A DNA stretch of 64,000 bases, taken from assembly GCA_964057225.1 (NCBI GenBank), contig CAXKVF010000078.1, positions 372,001 to 436,000 of the forward strand, read 5' to 3'. Positions 41,301 to 57,547 of the stretch are shown one piece after another (the stretch's first letter is position 1; the number at the start of each line of letters is the position of its first letter). A program made the translations under genes and the position numbers. Under the pieces are notes generated by a model. The model did no database searches. It was given only the letters and a program-made list of their open reading frames with translations, and had not been told where the DNA came from. The DNA is from Auanema rhodensis (lineage: Eukaryota; Animalia; Nematoda).

Positions 41301-44300
41301 AAGTCATGGTTACCATGCACCAATATCAATAAAAATTTGTTTTTAGACTAATATGGACATGGGGAATCTAATTTTGAAAACCGCATCTCCTTATCTTTCA
41401 CGTGAAGCGAGTTACATACCAAGTGCACATCACGTGTACATTTAATTAGCATAAATTAAAGTTCACGTAAATTTCAAAGTCATGGTTACCATGCACCAAT
41501 ATCAATAAAAATTTGTTTTTAGACTAATATGGACATGGGGAATCTAATTTTGAAAACCGCATCTCTTCATCTTTCACGTGAAGCGAGTTACATACCAAGT
41601 GCACATCACGTGTACATTTAATTAGCATAAATTAAAGTTCACGTAAATTTCAAAGTCATGGTTACCATGCACCAATATCAATAAAAATTTGTTTTTAGAC
41701 TAATATGGACATGGGGAATCTAATTTTGAAAACCGCATCTCTTTATCTTTCACGTGAAGCGAGTTACATACCAAGTGCACATCACGTGTACATTTAATTA
41801 GCATAAATTAAAGTTCACGTAAATTTCAAAGTCATGGTTACCATGAACCAATATCAATAAAAATTTGTTTTTAGACTAATATGGACATGGGGAATCTAAT
41901 TTTGAAAACCGCATCTCTTTATCTTTCACGTGAAGCGAGTTACATACCAAGTGCACATCACGTGTACATTTAATTAGCATAAATTAAAGTTCACGTAAAT
42001 TTCAAAGTCATGGTTACCATGCACCAATATCAATAAAAATTTGTTTTTAAACTAATATGGACATGGGGAATCTAATTTTGAAAACCGCATCTCTTTATCT
42101 TTCACGTGAAGCGAGTTACATACCAAGTGCACATCACGTGTACATTTAATTAGCATAAATTAAAGTTCACGTAAATTTCAAAGTCATAGTTACCATGCAC
42201 CAATATCAATAAAGATTTGTTTTTAGACTAATATGGACATGGGGAATCTAATTTTGAAAACCGCATCTCTTTATCTTTCACGTGAAGCGAGTTACATACC
42301 AACTGCACATCACGTGTACATTTAATTAGCATAAATTAAAGTTCACGTAAATTTCAAAGTCATGGTTACCATGAACCAATATCAATAAAAATTTGTTTTT
42401 AGACTAATATGGACATGGGGAATCTAATTTTGAAAACCGCATCTCTTTATCTTTCACGTGAAGCGAGTTACATACCAAGTGCACATCACGTGTACATTTA
42501 ATTAGCATAAATTAAAGTTCACGTAAATTTCAAAGTCATGGTTACCATGAACCAATATCAATAAAAATTTGTTTTTAGACTAATATGGACATGGGGAATC
42601 TAATTTTGAAAACCGCATCTCGTTATCTTTCACGTGAAGCGAGTTACATACCAAGTGCACATCACGTGTACATTTAATTAGCATAAATTAAAGTTCACGT
42701 AAATTTCAAAGTCATGGTTACCATGCACCAATATCAATAAAAATTTGTTTTTAGACTAATATGGACATGGGGAATCTAATTTTGAAAACCGCATCTCTTT
42801 ATCTTTCACGTGAAGCGAGTTACATACCAAGTGCACATCACGTGTACATTTAATTAGCATAAATTAAAGTTCACGTAAATTTCAAAGTCATGGTTACCAT
42901 GCACCAATATCAATAAAAATTTGTTTTTAGACTAATATGGACATGGGGAATCTAATTTTGAAAACCGCATCTCTTTATCTTTCACGTGAAGCGAGTTACA
43001 TACCAAGTGCACATCACGTGTACATTTAATTAGCATAAATTAAAGTTCACGTAAATTTCAAAGTCATGGTTACCATGAACCAATATCAATAAAAAATTGT
43101 TTTTAGACTAATATGGACATGGGGAATCTAATTTTGAAAACCGCATCTCTTTATCTTTCACGTGAAGCGAGTTACATACCAAGTGCACATCACGTGTACA
43201 TTTAATTAGCATAAATTAAAGTTCACGTAAATTTCAAAGTCATGGTTACCATGAACCAATATCAATAAAAATTTGTTTTTAGACTAATATGGACATGGGG
43301 AATCTAATTTTGAAAACCGCATCTCTTTATCTTTCACGTGAAGCGAGTTACATACCAAGTGCACATCACGTGTACATTTAATTAGCATAAATTAAAGTTC
43401 ACGTAAATTTCAAAGTCATGGTTACCATGCACCAATATCAATAAAAATTTGTTTTTAGACTAATATGGACATGGGGAATCTAATTTTGAAAACCGCATCT
43501 CTTCATCTTTCACGTGAAGCGAGTTACATACCAAGTGCACATCACGTGTACATTTAATTAGCATAAATTAAAGTTCACGTAAATTTCAAAGTCATGGTTA
43601 CCATGCACCAATATCAATAAAAATTTGTTTTTAGACTAATATGGACATGGGGAATCTAATTTTGAAAACCGCATCTCTTCATCTTTCACGTGAAGCGAGT
43701 TACATACCAAGTGCACATCACGTGTACATTTAATTAGCATAAATTAAAGTTCACGTAAATTTCAAAGTCATGGTTACCATGCACCAATATCAATAAAAAT
43801 TTGTTTTTAGACTAATATGGACATGGGGAATCTAATTTTGAAAACCGCATCTCTTTATCTTTCACGTGAAGCGAGTTACATACCAAGTGCACATCACGTG
43901 TACATTTAATTAGCATAAATTAAAGTTCACGTAAATTTCAAAGTCATGGTTACCATGCACCAATATCAATAAAAATTTGTTTTTAGACTAATATGGACAT
44001 GGGGAATCTAATTTTGAAAACCGCATCTCTTCATCTTTCACGTGAAGCGAGTTACATACCAAGTGCACATCACGTGTACATTTAATTAGCATAAATTAAA
44101 GTTCACGTAAATTTCAAAGTCATGGTTACCATGCACCAATATCAATAAAAATTTGTTTTTAGACTAATATGGACATGGGGAATCTAATTTTGAAAACCGC
44201 ATCTCTTTATCTTTCACGTGAAGCGAGTTACATACCAAGTGCACATCACGTGTACATTTAATTAGCATAAATTAAAGTTCACGTAAATTTCAAAGTCATG

Positions 44301-47300
44301 GTTACCATGCACCAATGTCAATAAAAATTTGTTTTTAGACTAATATGGACATGGGGAATCTAATTTTGAAAACCGCATCTCTTCATCTTTCACGTGAAGC
44401 GAGTTACATACCAAGTGCACATCACGTGTACATTTAATTAGCATAAATTAAAGTTCACGTAAATTTCAAAGTCATGGTTACCATGCACCAATATCAATAA
44501 AAATTTGTTTTTAGACTAATATGGACATGGGGAATCTAATTTTGAAAACCGCATCTCTTCATCTTTCACGTGAAGCGAGTTACATACCAAGTGCACATCA
44601 CGTGTACATTTAATTAGCATAAATTAAAGTTCACGTAAATTTCAAAGTCATGGTTACCATGCACAAATATCAATAAAAATTTGTTTTTAGACTAATATGG
44701 ACATGGGGAATCTAATTTTGAAAACCGCATCTCTTTATCTTTCACGTGAAGCGAGTTACATACCAAGTGCACATCACGTGTACATTTAATTAGCATAAAT
44801 TAAAGTTCACGTAACTTTCAAAGTCATGGTTACCATGCACCAATATCAATAAAAATTTGTTTTTAGACTAATATGGACATGGGGAATCTAATTTTGAAAA
44901 CCGCATCTCTTTATCTTTCACGTGAAGCGAGTTACATACCAAGTGCACATCACGTGTACATTTAATTAGCATAAATTAAAGTTCACGTAAATTTCAAAGT
45001 CATGGTTACCATGCACCAATATCAATAAAAATTTGTTTTTAGACTAATATGGACATGGGGAATCTAATTTTGAAAACCGCATCTCTTTATCTTTCACGTG
45101 AAGCGAGTTACATACCAAGTGCACATCACGTGTACATTTAATTAGCATAAATTAAAGTTCACGTAAATTTCAAAGTCATGGTTACCATGAACCAATATCA
45201 ATAAAAATTTGTTTTTAGACTAATATGGACATGGGGAATCTAATTTTGAAAACCGCATCTTTTTATCTTTCACGTGAAGCGAGTTACATACCAAGTGCAC
45301 ATCACGTGTACATTTAATTAGCATAAATTAAAGTTCACGTAAATTTCAAAGTCATGGTTACCATGCACCAATATCAATAAAAATTTGTTTTTAGACTAAT
45401 ATGGACATGGGGAATCTAATTTTGAAAACCGCATCTCTTCATCTTTCACGTGAAGCGAGTTACATACCAAGTGCACATCACGTGTACATTTAATTAGCAT
45501 AAATTAAAGTTCACGTAAATTTCAAAGTCATGGTTACCATGAACCAATATCAATAAAAATTTGTTTTTAGACTAATATGGACATGGGGAATCTAATTTTG
45601 AAAACCGCATCTCTTTATCTTTCACGTGAAGCGAGTTACATACCAAGTGCACATCACGTGTACATTTAATTAGCATAAATTAAAGTTCACGTAAATTTCA
45701 AAGTCATGGTTACCATGCACCAATATCAATAAAAATTTGTTTTTAAACTAATATGGACATGGGGAATCTAATTTTGAAAACCGCATCTCTTTATCTTTCA
45801 CGTGAAGCGAGTTACATACCAAGTGCACATCACGTGTACATTTAATTAGCATAAATTAAAGTTCACGTAAATTTCAAAGTCATAGTTACCATGCACCAAT
45901 ATCAATAAAGATTTGTTTTTAGACTAATATGGACATGGGGAATCTAATTTTGAAAACCGCATCTCTTTATCTTTCACGTGAAGCGAGTTACATACCAACT
46001 GCACATCACGTGTACATTTAATTAGCATAAATTAAAGTTCACGTAAATTTCAAAGTCATGGTTACCATGAACCAATATCAATAAAAATTTGTTTTTAGAC
46101 TAATATGGACATGGGGAATCTAATTTTGAAAACCGCATCTCTTTATCTTTCACGTGAAGCGAGTTACATACCAAGTGCACATCACGTGTACATTTAATTA
46201 GCATAAATTAAAGTTCACGTAAATTTCAAAGTCATGGTTACCATGAACCAATATCAATAAAAATTTGTTTTTAGACTAATATGGACATGGGGAATCTAAT
46301 TTTGAAAACCGCATCTCGTTATCTTTCACGTGAAGCGAGTTACATACCAAGTGCACATCACGTGTACATTTAATTAGCATAAATTAAAGTTCACGTAAAT
46401 TTCAAAGTCATGGTTACCATGCACCAATATCAATAAAAATTTGTTTTTAGACTAATATGGACATGGGGAATCTAATTTTGAAAACCGCATCTCTTTATCT
46501 TTCACGTGAAGCGAGTTACATACCAAGTGCACATCACGTGTACATTTAATTAGCATAAATTAAAGTTCACGTAAATTTCAAAGTCATGGTTACCATGCAC
46601 CAATATCAATAAAAATTTGTTTTTAGACTAATATGGACATGGGGAATCTAATTTTGAAAACCGCATCTCTTTATCTTTCACGTGAAGCGAGTTACATACC
46701 AAGTGCACATCACGTGTACATTTAATTAGCATAAATTAAAGTTCACGTAAATTTCAAAGTCATGGTTACCATGCACCAATATCAATAAAAATTTGTTTTT
46801 AGACTAATATGGACATGGGGAATCTAATTTTGAAAACCGCATCTCTTCATCTTTCACGTAAAGCGAGTTACATACCAAGTGCACATCACGTGTACATTTA
46901 ATTAGCATAAATTAAAGTTCACGTAAATTTCAAAGTCATGGTTACCATGCACCAATATCAATAAAAATTTGTTTTTAGACTAATATGGACATGGGGAATC
47001 TAATTTTGAAAACCGCATCTCTTCATCTTTCACGTGAAGCGAGTTACATACCAAGTGCACATCACGTGTACATTTAATTAGCATAAATTAAAGTTCACGT
47101 AAATTTCAAAGTCATGGTTACCATGCACCAATATCAATAAAAATTTGTTTTTAGACTAATATGGACATGGGGAATCTAATTTTGAAAACCGCATCTCTTT
47201 ATCTTTCACGTGAAGCGAGTTACATACCAAGTGCACATCACGTGTACATTTAATTAGCATAAATTAAAGTTCACGTAAATTTCAAAGTCATGGTTACCAT

Positions 47301-48747
47301 GCACCAATATCAATAAAAATTTGTTTTTAGACTAATATGGACATGGGGAATCTAATTTTGAAAACCGCATCTCTTCATCTTTCACGTGAAGCGAGTTACA
47401 TACCAAGTGCACATCACGTGTACATTTAATTAGCATAAATTAAAGTTCACGTAAATTTCAAAGTCATGGTTACCATGCACCAATATCAATAAAAATTTGT
47501 TTTTAGACTAATATGGACATGGGGAATCTAATTTTGAAAACCGCATCTCTTTATCTTTCACGTGAAGCGAGTTACATACCAAGTGCACATCACGTGTACA
47601 TTTAATTAGCATAAATTAAAGTTCACGTAAATTTCAAAGTCATGGTTACCATGCACCAATGTCAATAAAAATTTGTTTTTAGACTAATATGGACATGGGG
47701 AATCTAATTTTGAAAACCGCATCTCTTCATCTTTCACGTGAAGCGAGTTACATACCAAGTGCACATCACGTGTACATTTAATTAGCATAAATTAAAGTTC
47801 ACGTAAATTTCAAAGTCATGGTTACCATGCACCAATATCAATAAAAATTTGTTTTTAGACTAATATGGACATGGGGAATCTAATTTTGAAAACCGCATCT
47901 CTTCATCTTTCACGTGAAGCGAGTTACATACCAAGTGCACATCACGTGTACATTTAATTAGCATAAATTAAAGTTCACGTAAATTTCAAAGTCATGGTTA
48001 CCATGCACAAATATCAATAAAAATTTGTTTTTAGACTAATATGGACATGGGGAATCTAATTTTGAAAACCGCATCTCTTTATCTTTCACGTGAAGCGAGT
48101 TACATACCAAGTGCACATCACGTGTACATTTAATTAGCATAAATTAAAGTTCACGTAACTTTCAAAGTCATGGTTACCATGCACCAATATCAATAAAAAT
48201 TTGTTTTTAGACTAATATGGACATGGGGAATCTAATTTTGAAAACCGCATCTCTTTATCTTTCACGTGAAGCGAGTTACATACCAAGTGCACATCACGTG
48301 TACATTTAATTAGCATAAATTAAAGTTCACGTAAATTTCAAAGTCATGGTTACCATGCACCAATATCAATAAAAATTTGTTTTTAGACTAATATGGACAT
48401 GGGGAATCTAATTTTGAAAACCGCATCTCTTTATCTTTCACGTGAAGCGAGTTACATACCAAGTGCACATCACGTGTACATTTAATTAGCATAAATTAAA
48501 GTTCACGTAAATTTCAAAGTCATGGTTACCATGAACCAATATCAATAAAAATTTGTTTTTAGACTAATATGGACATGGGGAATCTAATTTTGAAAACCGC
48601 ATCTTTTTATCTTTCACGTGAAGCGAGTTACATACCAAGTGCACATCACGTGTACATTTAATTAGCATAAATTAAAGTTCACGTAAATTTCAAAGTCATG
48701 GTTACCATGCACCAATATCAATAAAAATTTGTTTTTAAACTAATATG
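38364..48747. repeat. Three blocks opened by the same 5-monomer signature, offsets 20 and 21 monomers
   Basis: The signature is TTTAAAC / CATAG+AAAGATT / AACTGC+GAACC / GAACC / CTCGTT. CATAG lies at 38665, 42185 and 45881 (+3520, +3696). Confidence 0.88.
38892..41707. repeat. 8-monomer HOR (1408 bp) x2
   Basis: CTCGTT monomers at 39068/40476, AAGAAATTG at 39573/40981 and CTCCTT at 39981/41389 are all 1408 apart. Confidence 0.88.
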
Positions 48748-51035
48748 GACATGGGGAATCTAATTTTGAAAACCGCATCTCTTCATCTTTCACGTGAAGC
48801 GAGTTACATACCAAGTGCACATCACGTGTACATTTAATTAGCATAAATTAAAGTTCACGTAAATTTCAAAGTCATGGTTACCATGCACCAATATCAATAA
48901 AAATTTGTTTTTAGACTAATATGGACATGGGGAATCTAATTTTGAAAACCGCATCTCTTTATCTTTCACGTGAAGCGAGTTACATACCAAGTGCACATCA
49001 CGTGTACATTTAATTAGCATAAATTAAAGTTCACGTAAATTTCAAAGTCATGGTTACCATGAACCAATATCAATAAAAATTTGTTTTTAGACTAATATGG
49101 ACATGGGGAATCTAATTTTGAAAACCGCATCTCTTTATCTTTCACGTGAAGCGAGTTACATACCAAGTGCACATCACGTGTACATTTAATTAGCATAAAT
49201 TAAAGTTCACGTAAATTTCAAAGTCATGGTTACCATGAACCAATATCAATAAAAATTTGTTTTTAGACTAATATGGACATGGGGAATCTAATTTTGAAAA
49301 CCGCATCTCTTTATCTTTCACGTGAAGCGAGTTACATACCAAGTGCACATCACGTGTACATTTAATTAGCATAAATTAAAGTTCACGTAAATTTCAAAGT
49401 CATGGTTACCATGCACCAATGTCAATAAAAATTTGTTTTTAGACTAATATGGACATGGGGAATCTAATTTTGAAAACCGCATCTCTTCATCTTTCACGTG
49501 AAGCGAGTTACATACCAAGTGCACATCACGTGTACATTTAATTAGCATAAATTAAAGTTCACGTAAATTTCAAAGTCATGGTTACCATGCACCAATATCA
49601 ATAAAAATTTGTTTTTAGACTAATATGGACATGGGGAATCTAATTTTGAAAACCGCATCTCTTCATCTTTCACGTGAAGCGAGTTACATACCAAGTGCAC
49701 ATCACGTGTACATTTAATTAGCATAAATTAAAGTTCACGTAAATTTCAAAGTCATGGTTACCATGCACAAATATCAATAAAAATTTGTTTTTAGACTAAT
49801 ATGGACATGGGGAATCTAATTTTGAAAACCGCATCTCTTTATCTTTCACGTGAAGCGAGTTACATACCAAGTGCACATCACGTGTACATTTAATTAGCAT
49901 AAATTAAAGTTCACGTAACTTTCAAAGTCATGGTTACCATGCACCAATATCAATAAAAATTTGTTTTTAGACTAATATGGACATGGGGAATCTAATTTTG
50001 AAAACCGCATCTCTTTATCTTTCACGTGAAGCGAGTTACATACCAAGTGCACATCACGTGTACATTTAATTAGCATAAATTAAAGTTCACGTAAATTTCA
50101 AAGTCATGGTTACCATGCACCAATATCAATAAAAATTTGTTTTTAGACTAATATGGACATGGGGAATCTAATTTTGAAAACCGCATCTCTTTATCTTTCA
50201 CGTGAAGCGAGTTACATACCAAGTGCACATCACGTGTACATTTAATTAGCATAAATTAAAGTTCACGTAAATTTCAAAGTCATGGTTACCATGAACCAAT
50301 ATCAATGAAAATTTGTTTTTAGACTAATATGGACATGGGGAATCTAATTTTGAAAACCGCATCTCTTTATCTTTCACGTGAAGCGAGTTACATACCAAGT
50401 GCACATCACGTGTACATTTAATTAGCATAAATTAAAGTTCACGTAAATTTCAAAGTCATGGTTACCATGCACCAATATCAATAAAAATTTGTTTTTAAAC
50501 TAATATGGACATGGGGAATCTAATTTTGAAAACCGCATCTCTTTATCTTTCACGTGAAGCGAGTTACATACCAAGTGCACATCACGTGTACATTTAATTA
50601 GCATAAATTAAAGTTCACGTAAATTTCAAAGTCATGGTTACCATGCACCAATATCAATAAAAATTTGTTTTTAGACTAATATGGACATGGGGAATCTAAT
50701 TTTGAAAACCGCATCTCTTTATCTTTCACGTGAAGCGAGTTACATACCAAGTGCACATCACGTGTACATTTAATTAGCATAAATTAAAGTTCACGTAAAT
50801 TTCAAAGTCATGGTTACCATGAACCAATATCAATAAAAATTTGTTTTTAGACTAATATGGACATGGGGAATCTAATTTTGAAAACCGCATCTCTTTATCT
50901 TTCACGTGAAGCGAGTTACATACCAAGTGCACATCACGTGTACATTTAATTAGCATAAATTAAAGTTCACGTAAATTTCAAAGTCATGGTTACCATGAAC
51001 CAATATCAATAAAAATTTGTTTTTAGACTAATATG
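47516..51035. repeat. 10-monomer HOR (1760 bp) x2
   Basis: AATGTC / CTTCAT / CTTCAT+CACAAA / TAACTTT / consensus / GAACC / TTTAAAC / - / GAACC / GAACC starts at 47516 and 49276. Confidence 0.85.
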
Positions 51036-54000
51036 GACATGGGGAATCTAATTTTGAAAACCGCATCTCTTTATCTTTCACGTGAAGCGAGTTACATACC
51101 AAGTGCCCATCACGTGTACATTTAATTAGCATAAATTAAAGTTCACGTAAATTTCAAAGTCATGGTTACCATGCACCAATATCAATAAAAATTTGTTTTT
51201 AGACTAATATGGACATGGGGAATCTAATTTTGAAAACCGCATCTCGTTATCTTTCACGTGAAGCGAGTTACATACCAAGTGCACATCACGTGTACATTTA
51301 ATTAGCATAAATTAAAGTTCACGTAAATTTCAAAGTCATGGTTACCATGCACCAATATTAATAAAAATTTGTTTTTAGACTAATATGGACATGGGGAATC
51401 TAATTTTGAAAACCGCATCTCTTTATCTTTCACGTGAAGCGAGTTACATACCAAGTGCACATCACGTGTACATTTAATTAGCATAAATTAAAGTTCACGT
51501 AAATTTCAAAGTCATGGTTACCATGCACCAATATCAATAAAAATTTGTTTTTAGACTAATATGGACATGGGGAATCTAATTTTGAAAACCGCATCTCTTT
51601 ATCTTTCACGTGAAGCGAGTTACATACCAAGTGCACATCACGTGTACATTTAATTAGCATAAATTAAAGTTCACGTAAATTTCAAAGTCATGGTTACCAT
51701 GAACCAATATCAATAAAAATTTGTTTTTAGACTAATATGGACATGGGGAATCTAATTTTGAAAACCGCATCTCTTTATCTTTCACGTGAAGCGAGTTACA
51801 TACCAAGTGCACATCACGTGTACATTTAATTAGCATAAATTAAAGTTCACGTAAATTTCAAAGTCATGGTTACCATGAACCAATATCAATAAAAATTTGT
51901 TTTTAGACTAATATGGACATGGGGAATCTAATTTTGAAAACCGCATCTCTTTATCTTTCACGTGAAGCGAGTTACATACCAAGTGCCCATCACGTGTACA
52001 TTTAATTAGCATAAATTAAAGTTCACGTAAATTTCAAAGTCATGGTTACCATGCACCAATATCAATAAAAATTTGTTTTTAGACTAATATGGACATGGGG
52101 AATCTAATTTTGAAAACCGCATCTCTTTATCTTTCACGTGAAGCGAGTTACATACCAAGTGCACATCACGTGTACATTTAATTAGCATAAATTAAAGTTC
52201 ACGTAAATTTCAAAGTCATGGTTACCATGAACCAATATCAATGAAAATTTGTTTTTAGACTAATATGGACATGGGGAATCTAATTTTGAAAACCGCATCT
52301 CTTTATCTTTCACGTGAAGCGAGTTACATACCAAGTGCACATCACGTGTACATTTAATTAGCATAAATTAAAGTTCACGTAAATTTCAAAGTCATGGTTA
52401 CCATGCACCAATATCAATAAAAATTTGTTTTTAGACTAATATGGACATGGGGAATCTAATTTTGAAAACCGCATCTCTTTATCTTTCACGTGAAGCGAGT
52501 TACATACCAAGTGCACATCACGTGTACATTTAATTAGCATAAATTAAAGTTCACGTAAATTTCAAAGTCATGGTTACCATGCACCAATATCAATAAAAAT
52601 TTGTTTTTAGACTAATATGGACATGGGGAATCTAATTTTGAAAACCGCATCTCTTCATCTTTCACGTGAAGCGAGTTACATACCAAGTGCACATCACGTG
52701 TACATTTAATTAGCATAAATTAAAGTTCACGTAAATTTCAAAGTCATGGTTACCATGCACCAATATCAATAAAAATTTGTTTTTAGACTAATATGGACAT
52801 GGGGAATCTAATTTTGAAAACCGCATCTCTTTATCTTTCACGTGAAGCGAGTTACATACCAAGTGCACATCACGTGTACATTTAATTAGCATAAATTAAA
52901 GTTCACGTAAATTTCAAAGTCATGGTTACCATGAACCAATATCAATAAAAATTTGTTTTTAGACTAATATGGACATGGGGAATCTAATTTTGAAAACCGC
53001 ATCTCTTTATCTTTCACGTGAAGCGAGTTACATACCAAGTGCCCATCACGTGTACATTTAATTAGCATAAATTAAAGTTCACGTAAATTTCAAAGTCATG
53101 GTTACCATGCACCAATATCAATAAAAATTTGTTTTTAGACTAATATGGACATGGGGAATCTAATTTTGAAAACCGCATCTCTTTATCTTTCACGTGAAGC
53201 GAGTTACATACCAAGTGCACATCACGTGTACATTTAATTAGCATAAATTAAAGTTCACGTAAATTTCAAAGTCATGGTTACCATGAACCAATATCAATAA
53301 AAATTTGTTTTTAGACTAATATGGACATGGGGAATCTAATTTTGAAAACCGCATCTCCTTATCTTTCACGTGAAGCGAGTTACATACCAAGTGCACATCA
53401 CGTGTACATTTAATTAGCATAAATTAAAGTTCACGTAAATTTCAAAGTCATGGTTACCATGCACCAATATCAATAAAAATTTGTTTTTAGACTAATATGG
53501 ACATGGGGAATCTAATTTTGAAAACCGCATCTCTTCATCTTTCACGTGAAGCGAGTTACATACCAAGTGCACATCACGTGTACATTTAATTAGCATAAAT
53601 TAAAGTTCACGTAAATTTCAAAGTCATGGTTACCATGCACCAATGTCAATAAAAATTTGTTTTTAGACTAATATGGACATGGGGAATCTAATTTTGAAAA
53701 CCGCATCTCTTCATCTTTCACGTGAAGCGAGTTACATACCAAGTGCACATCACGTGTACATTTAATTAGCATAAATTAAAGTTCACGTAAATTTCAAAGT
53801 CATGGTTACCATGCACCAATATCAATAAAAATTTGTTTTTAGACTAATATGGACATGGGGAATCTAATTTTGAAAACCGCATCTCTTCATCTTTCACGTG
53901 AAGCGAGTTACATACCAAGTGCACATCACGTGTACATTTAATTAGCATAAATTAAAGTTCACGTAAATTTCAAAGTCATGGTTACCATGCACCAATATCA

Positions 54001-57000
54001 ATAAAAATTTGTTTTTAGACTAATATGGACATGGGGAATCTAATTTTGAAAACCGCATCTCTTTATCTTTCACGTGAAGCGAGTTACATACCAAGTGCAC
54101 ATCACGTGTACATTTAATTAGCATAAATTAAAGTTCACGTAAATTTCAAAGTCATGGTTACCATGCACCAATGTCAATAAAAATTTGTTTTTAGACTAAT
54201 ATGGACATGGGGAATCTAATTTTGAAAACCGCATCTCTTCATCTTTCACGTGAAGCGAGTTACATACCAAGTGCACATCACGTGTACATTTAATTAGCAT
54301 AAATTAAAGTTCACGTAAATTTCAAAGTCATGGTTACCATGCACCAATATCAATAAAAATTTGTTTTTAGACTAATATGGACATGGGGAATCTAATTTTG
54401 AAAACCGCATCTCTTCATCTTTCACGTGAAGCGAGTTACATACCAAGTGCACATCACGTGTACATTTAATTAGCATAAATTAAAGTTCACGTAAATTTCA
54501 AAGTCATGGTTACCATGCACCAATATCAATAAAAATTTGTTTTTAGACTAATATGGACATGGGGAATCTAATTTTGAAAACCGCATCTCTTTATCTTTCA
54601 CGTGAAGCGAGTTACATACCAAGTGCACATCACGTGTACATTTAATTAGCATAAATTAAAGTTCACGTAAATTTCAAAGTCATGGTTACCATGCACCAAT
54701 GTCAATAAAAATTTGTTTTTAGACTAATATGGACATGGGGAATCTAATTTTGAAAACCGCATCTCTTTATCTTTCACGTGAAGCGAGTTACATACCAAGT
54801 GCACATCACGTGTACATTTAATTAGCATAAATTAAAGTTCACGTAAATTTCAAAGTCATGGTTACCATGCACCAATATCAATAAAAATTTGTTTTTAGAC
54901 TAATATGGACATGGGGAATCTAATTTTGAAAACCGCATCTCTTTATCTTTCACGTGAAGCGAGTTACATACCAAGTGCACATCACGTGTACATTTAATTA
55001 GCATAAATTAAAGTTCACGTAAATTTCAAAGTCATGGTTACCATGAACCAATACCAATAAAAATTTGTTTTTAGACTAATATGGACATGGGGAATCTAAT
55101 TTTGAAAACCGCATCTCGTTATCTTTCACGTGAAGCGAGTTACATACCAAGTGCACATCACGTGTACATTTAATTAGCATAAATTAAAGTTCACGTAAAT
55201 TTCAAAGTCATGGTTACCATGCACCAATATCAATAAAAATTTGTTTTTAGACTAATATGGACATGGGGAATCTTATTTTGAAAACCGCATCTCTTTATCT
55301 TTCACGTGAAGCGAGTTACATACCAAGTGCACATCACGTGTACATTTAATTAGCATAAATTAAAGTTCACGTAAATTTCAAAGTCATGGTTACCATGAAC
55401 CAATATCAATAAAAATTTGTTTTTAGACTAATATGGACATGGGGAATCTAATTTTGAGAACCGCATCTCTTTATCTTTCACGTGAAGCGAGTTACATACC
55501 AAGTGCCCATCACGTGTACATTTAATTAGCATAAATTAAAGTTCACGTAAATTTCAAAGTCATGGTTACCATGCACCAATATCAATAAAAATTTGTTTTT
55601 AGACTAATATGGACATGGGGAATCTAATTTTGAAAACCGCATCTCTTTATCTTTCACGTGAAGCGAGTTACATACCAAGTGCACATCACGTGTACATTTA
55701 ATTAGCATAAATTAAAGTTCACGTAAATTTCAAAGTCATGGTTACCATGAACCAATATCAATAAAAATTTGTTTTTAGACTAATATGGACATGGGGAATC
55801 TAATTTTGAAAACCGCATCTCTTTATCTTTCACGTGAAGCGAGTTACATACCAAGTGCACATCACGTGTACATTTAATTAGCATAAATTAAAGTTCACGT
55901 AAATTTCAAAGTCATGGTTACCATGCACCAATATCAATAAAAATTTGTTTTTAGACTAATATGGACATGGGGAATCTAATTTTGAAAACCGCATCTCTTC
56001 ATCTTTCACGTGAAGCGAGTTACATACCAAGTGCACATCACGTGTACATTTAATTAGCATAAATTAAAGTTCACGTAAATTTCAAAGTCATGGTTACCAT
56101 GCACCAATATCAATAAAAATTTGTTTTTAGACTAATATGGACATGGGGAATCTAATTTTGAAAACCGCATCTCTTCATCTTTCACGTGAAGCGAGTTACA
56201 TACCAAGTGCACATCACGTGTACATTTAATTAGCATAAATTAAAGTTCACGTAAATTTGAAAGTCATGGTTACCATGCACCAATATCAATAAAAATTTGT
56301 TTTTAGACTAATATGGACATGGGGAATCTAATTTTGAAAACCGCATCTCTTTATCTTTCACGTGAAGCGAGTTACATACCAAGTGCACATCACGTGTACA
56401 TTTAATTAGCATAAATTAAAGTTCACGTAAATTTCAAAGTCATGGTTACCATGCACCAATGTCAATAAAAATTTGTTTTTAGACTAATATGGACATGGGG
56501 AATCTAATTTTGCAAACCGCATCTCTTCATCTTTCACGTGAAGCGAGTTACATACCAAGTGCACATCAAGTGTACATTTAATTAGCATAAATTAAAGTTC
56601 ACGTAAATTTCAAAGTCATGGTTACCATGCACCAATATCAATAAAAATTTGTTTTTAGACTAATATGGACATGGGGAATCTAATTTTGAAAACCGCATCT
56701 CTTTATCTTTCACGTGAAGCGAGTTACATACCAAGTGCACATCACGTGTACATTTAATTAGCATAAATTAAAGTTCACGTAAATTTCAAAGTCATGGTTA
56801 CCATGAACCAATATCAATAAAAATTTGTTTTTAGACTAATATGGACATGGGGAATCTAATTTTGAAAACCGCATCTCTTTATCTTTCACGTGAAGCGAGT
56901 TACATACCAAGTGCACATCACGTGTACATTTAATTAGCATAAATTAAAGTTCACGTAAATTTCAAAGTCATGGTTACCATGAACCAATATCAATAAAAAT

Positions 57001-57547
57001 TTGTTTTTAGACTAATATGGACATGGGGAATCTAATTTTGAAAACCGCATCTCTTTATCTTTCACGTGAAGCGAGTTACATACCAAGTGCACATCACGTG
57101 TACATTTAATTAGCATAAATTAAAGTTCACGTAAATTTCAAAGTCATGGTTACCATGCACCAATATCAATAAAAATTTGTTTTTAGACTAATATGGACAT
57201 GGGGAATCTAATTTTGAAAACCGCATCTCTTCATCTTTCACGTGAAGCGAGTTACATACCAAGTGCACATCACGTGTACATTTAATTAGCATAAATTAAA
57301 GTTCACGTAAATTTCAAAGTCATGGTTACCATGCACCAATATCAATAAAAATTTGTTTTTAGACTAATATGGACATGGGGAATCTAATTTTGAAAACCGC
57401 ATCTCTTTATCTTTCACGTGAAGCGAGTTACATACCAAGTGCACATCACGTGTACATTTAATTAGCATAAATTAAAGTTCACGTAAATTTCAAAGTCATG
57501 GTTACCATGCACCAATATCAATAAAAATTTGTTTTTAGACTAATATG

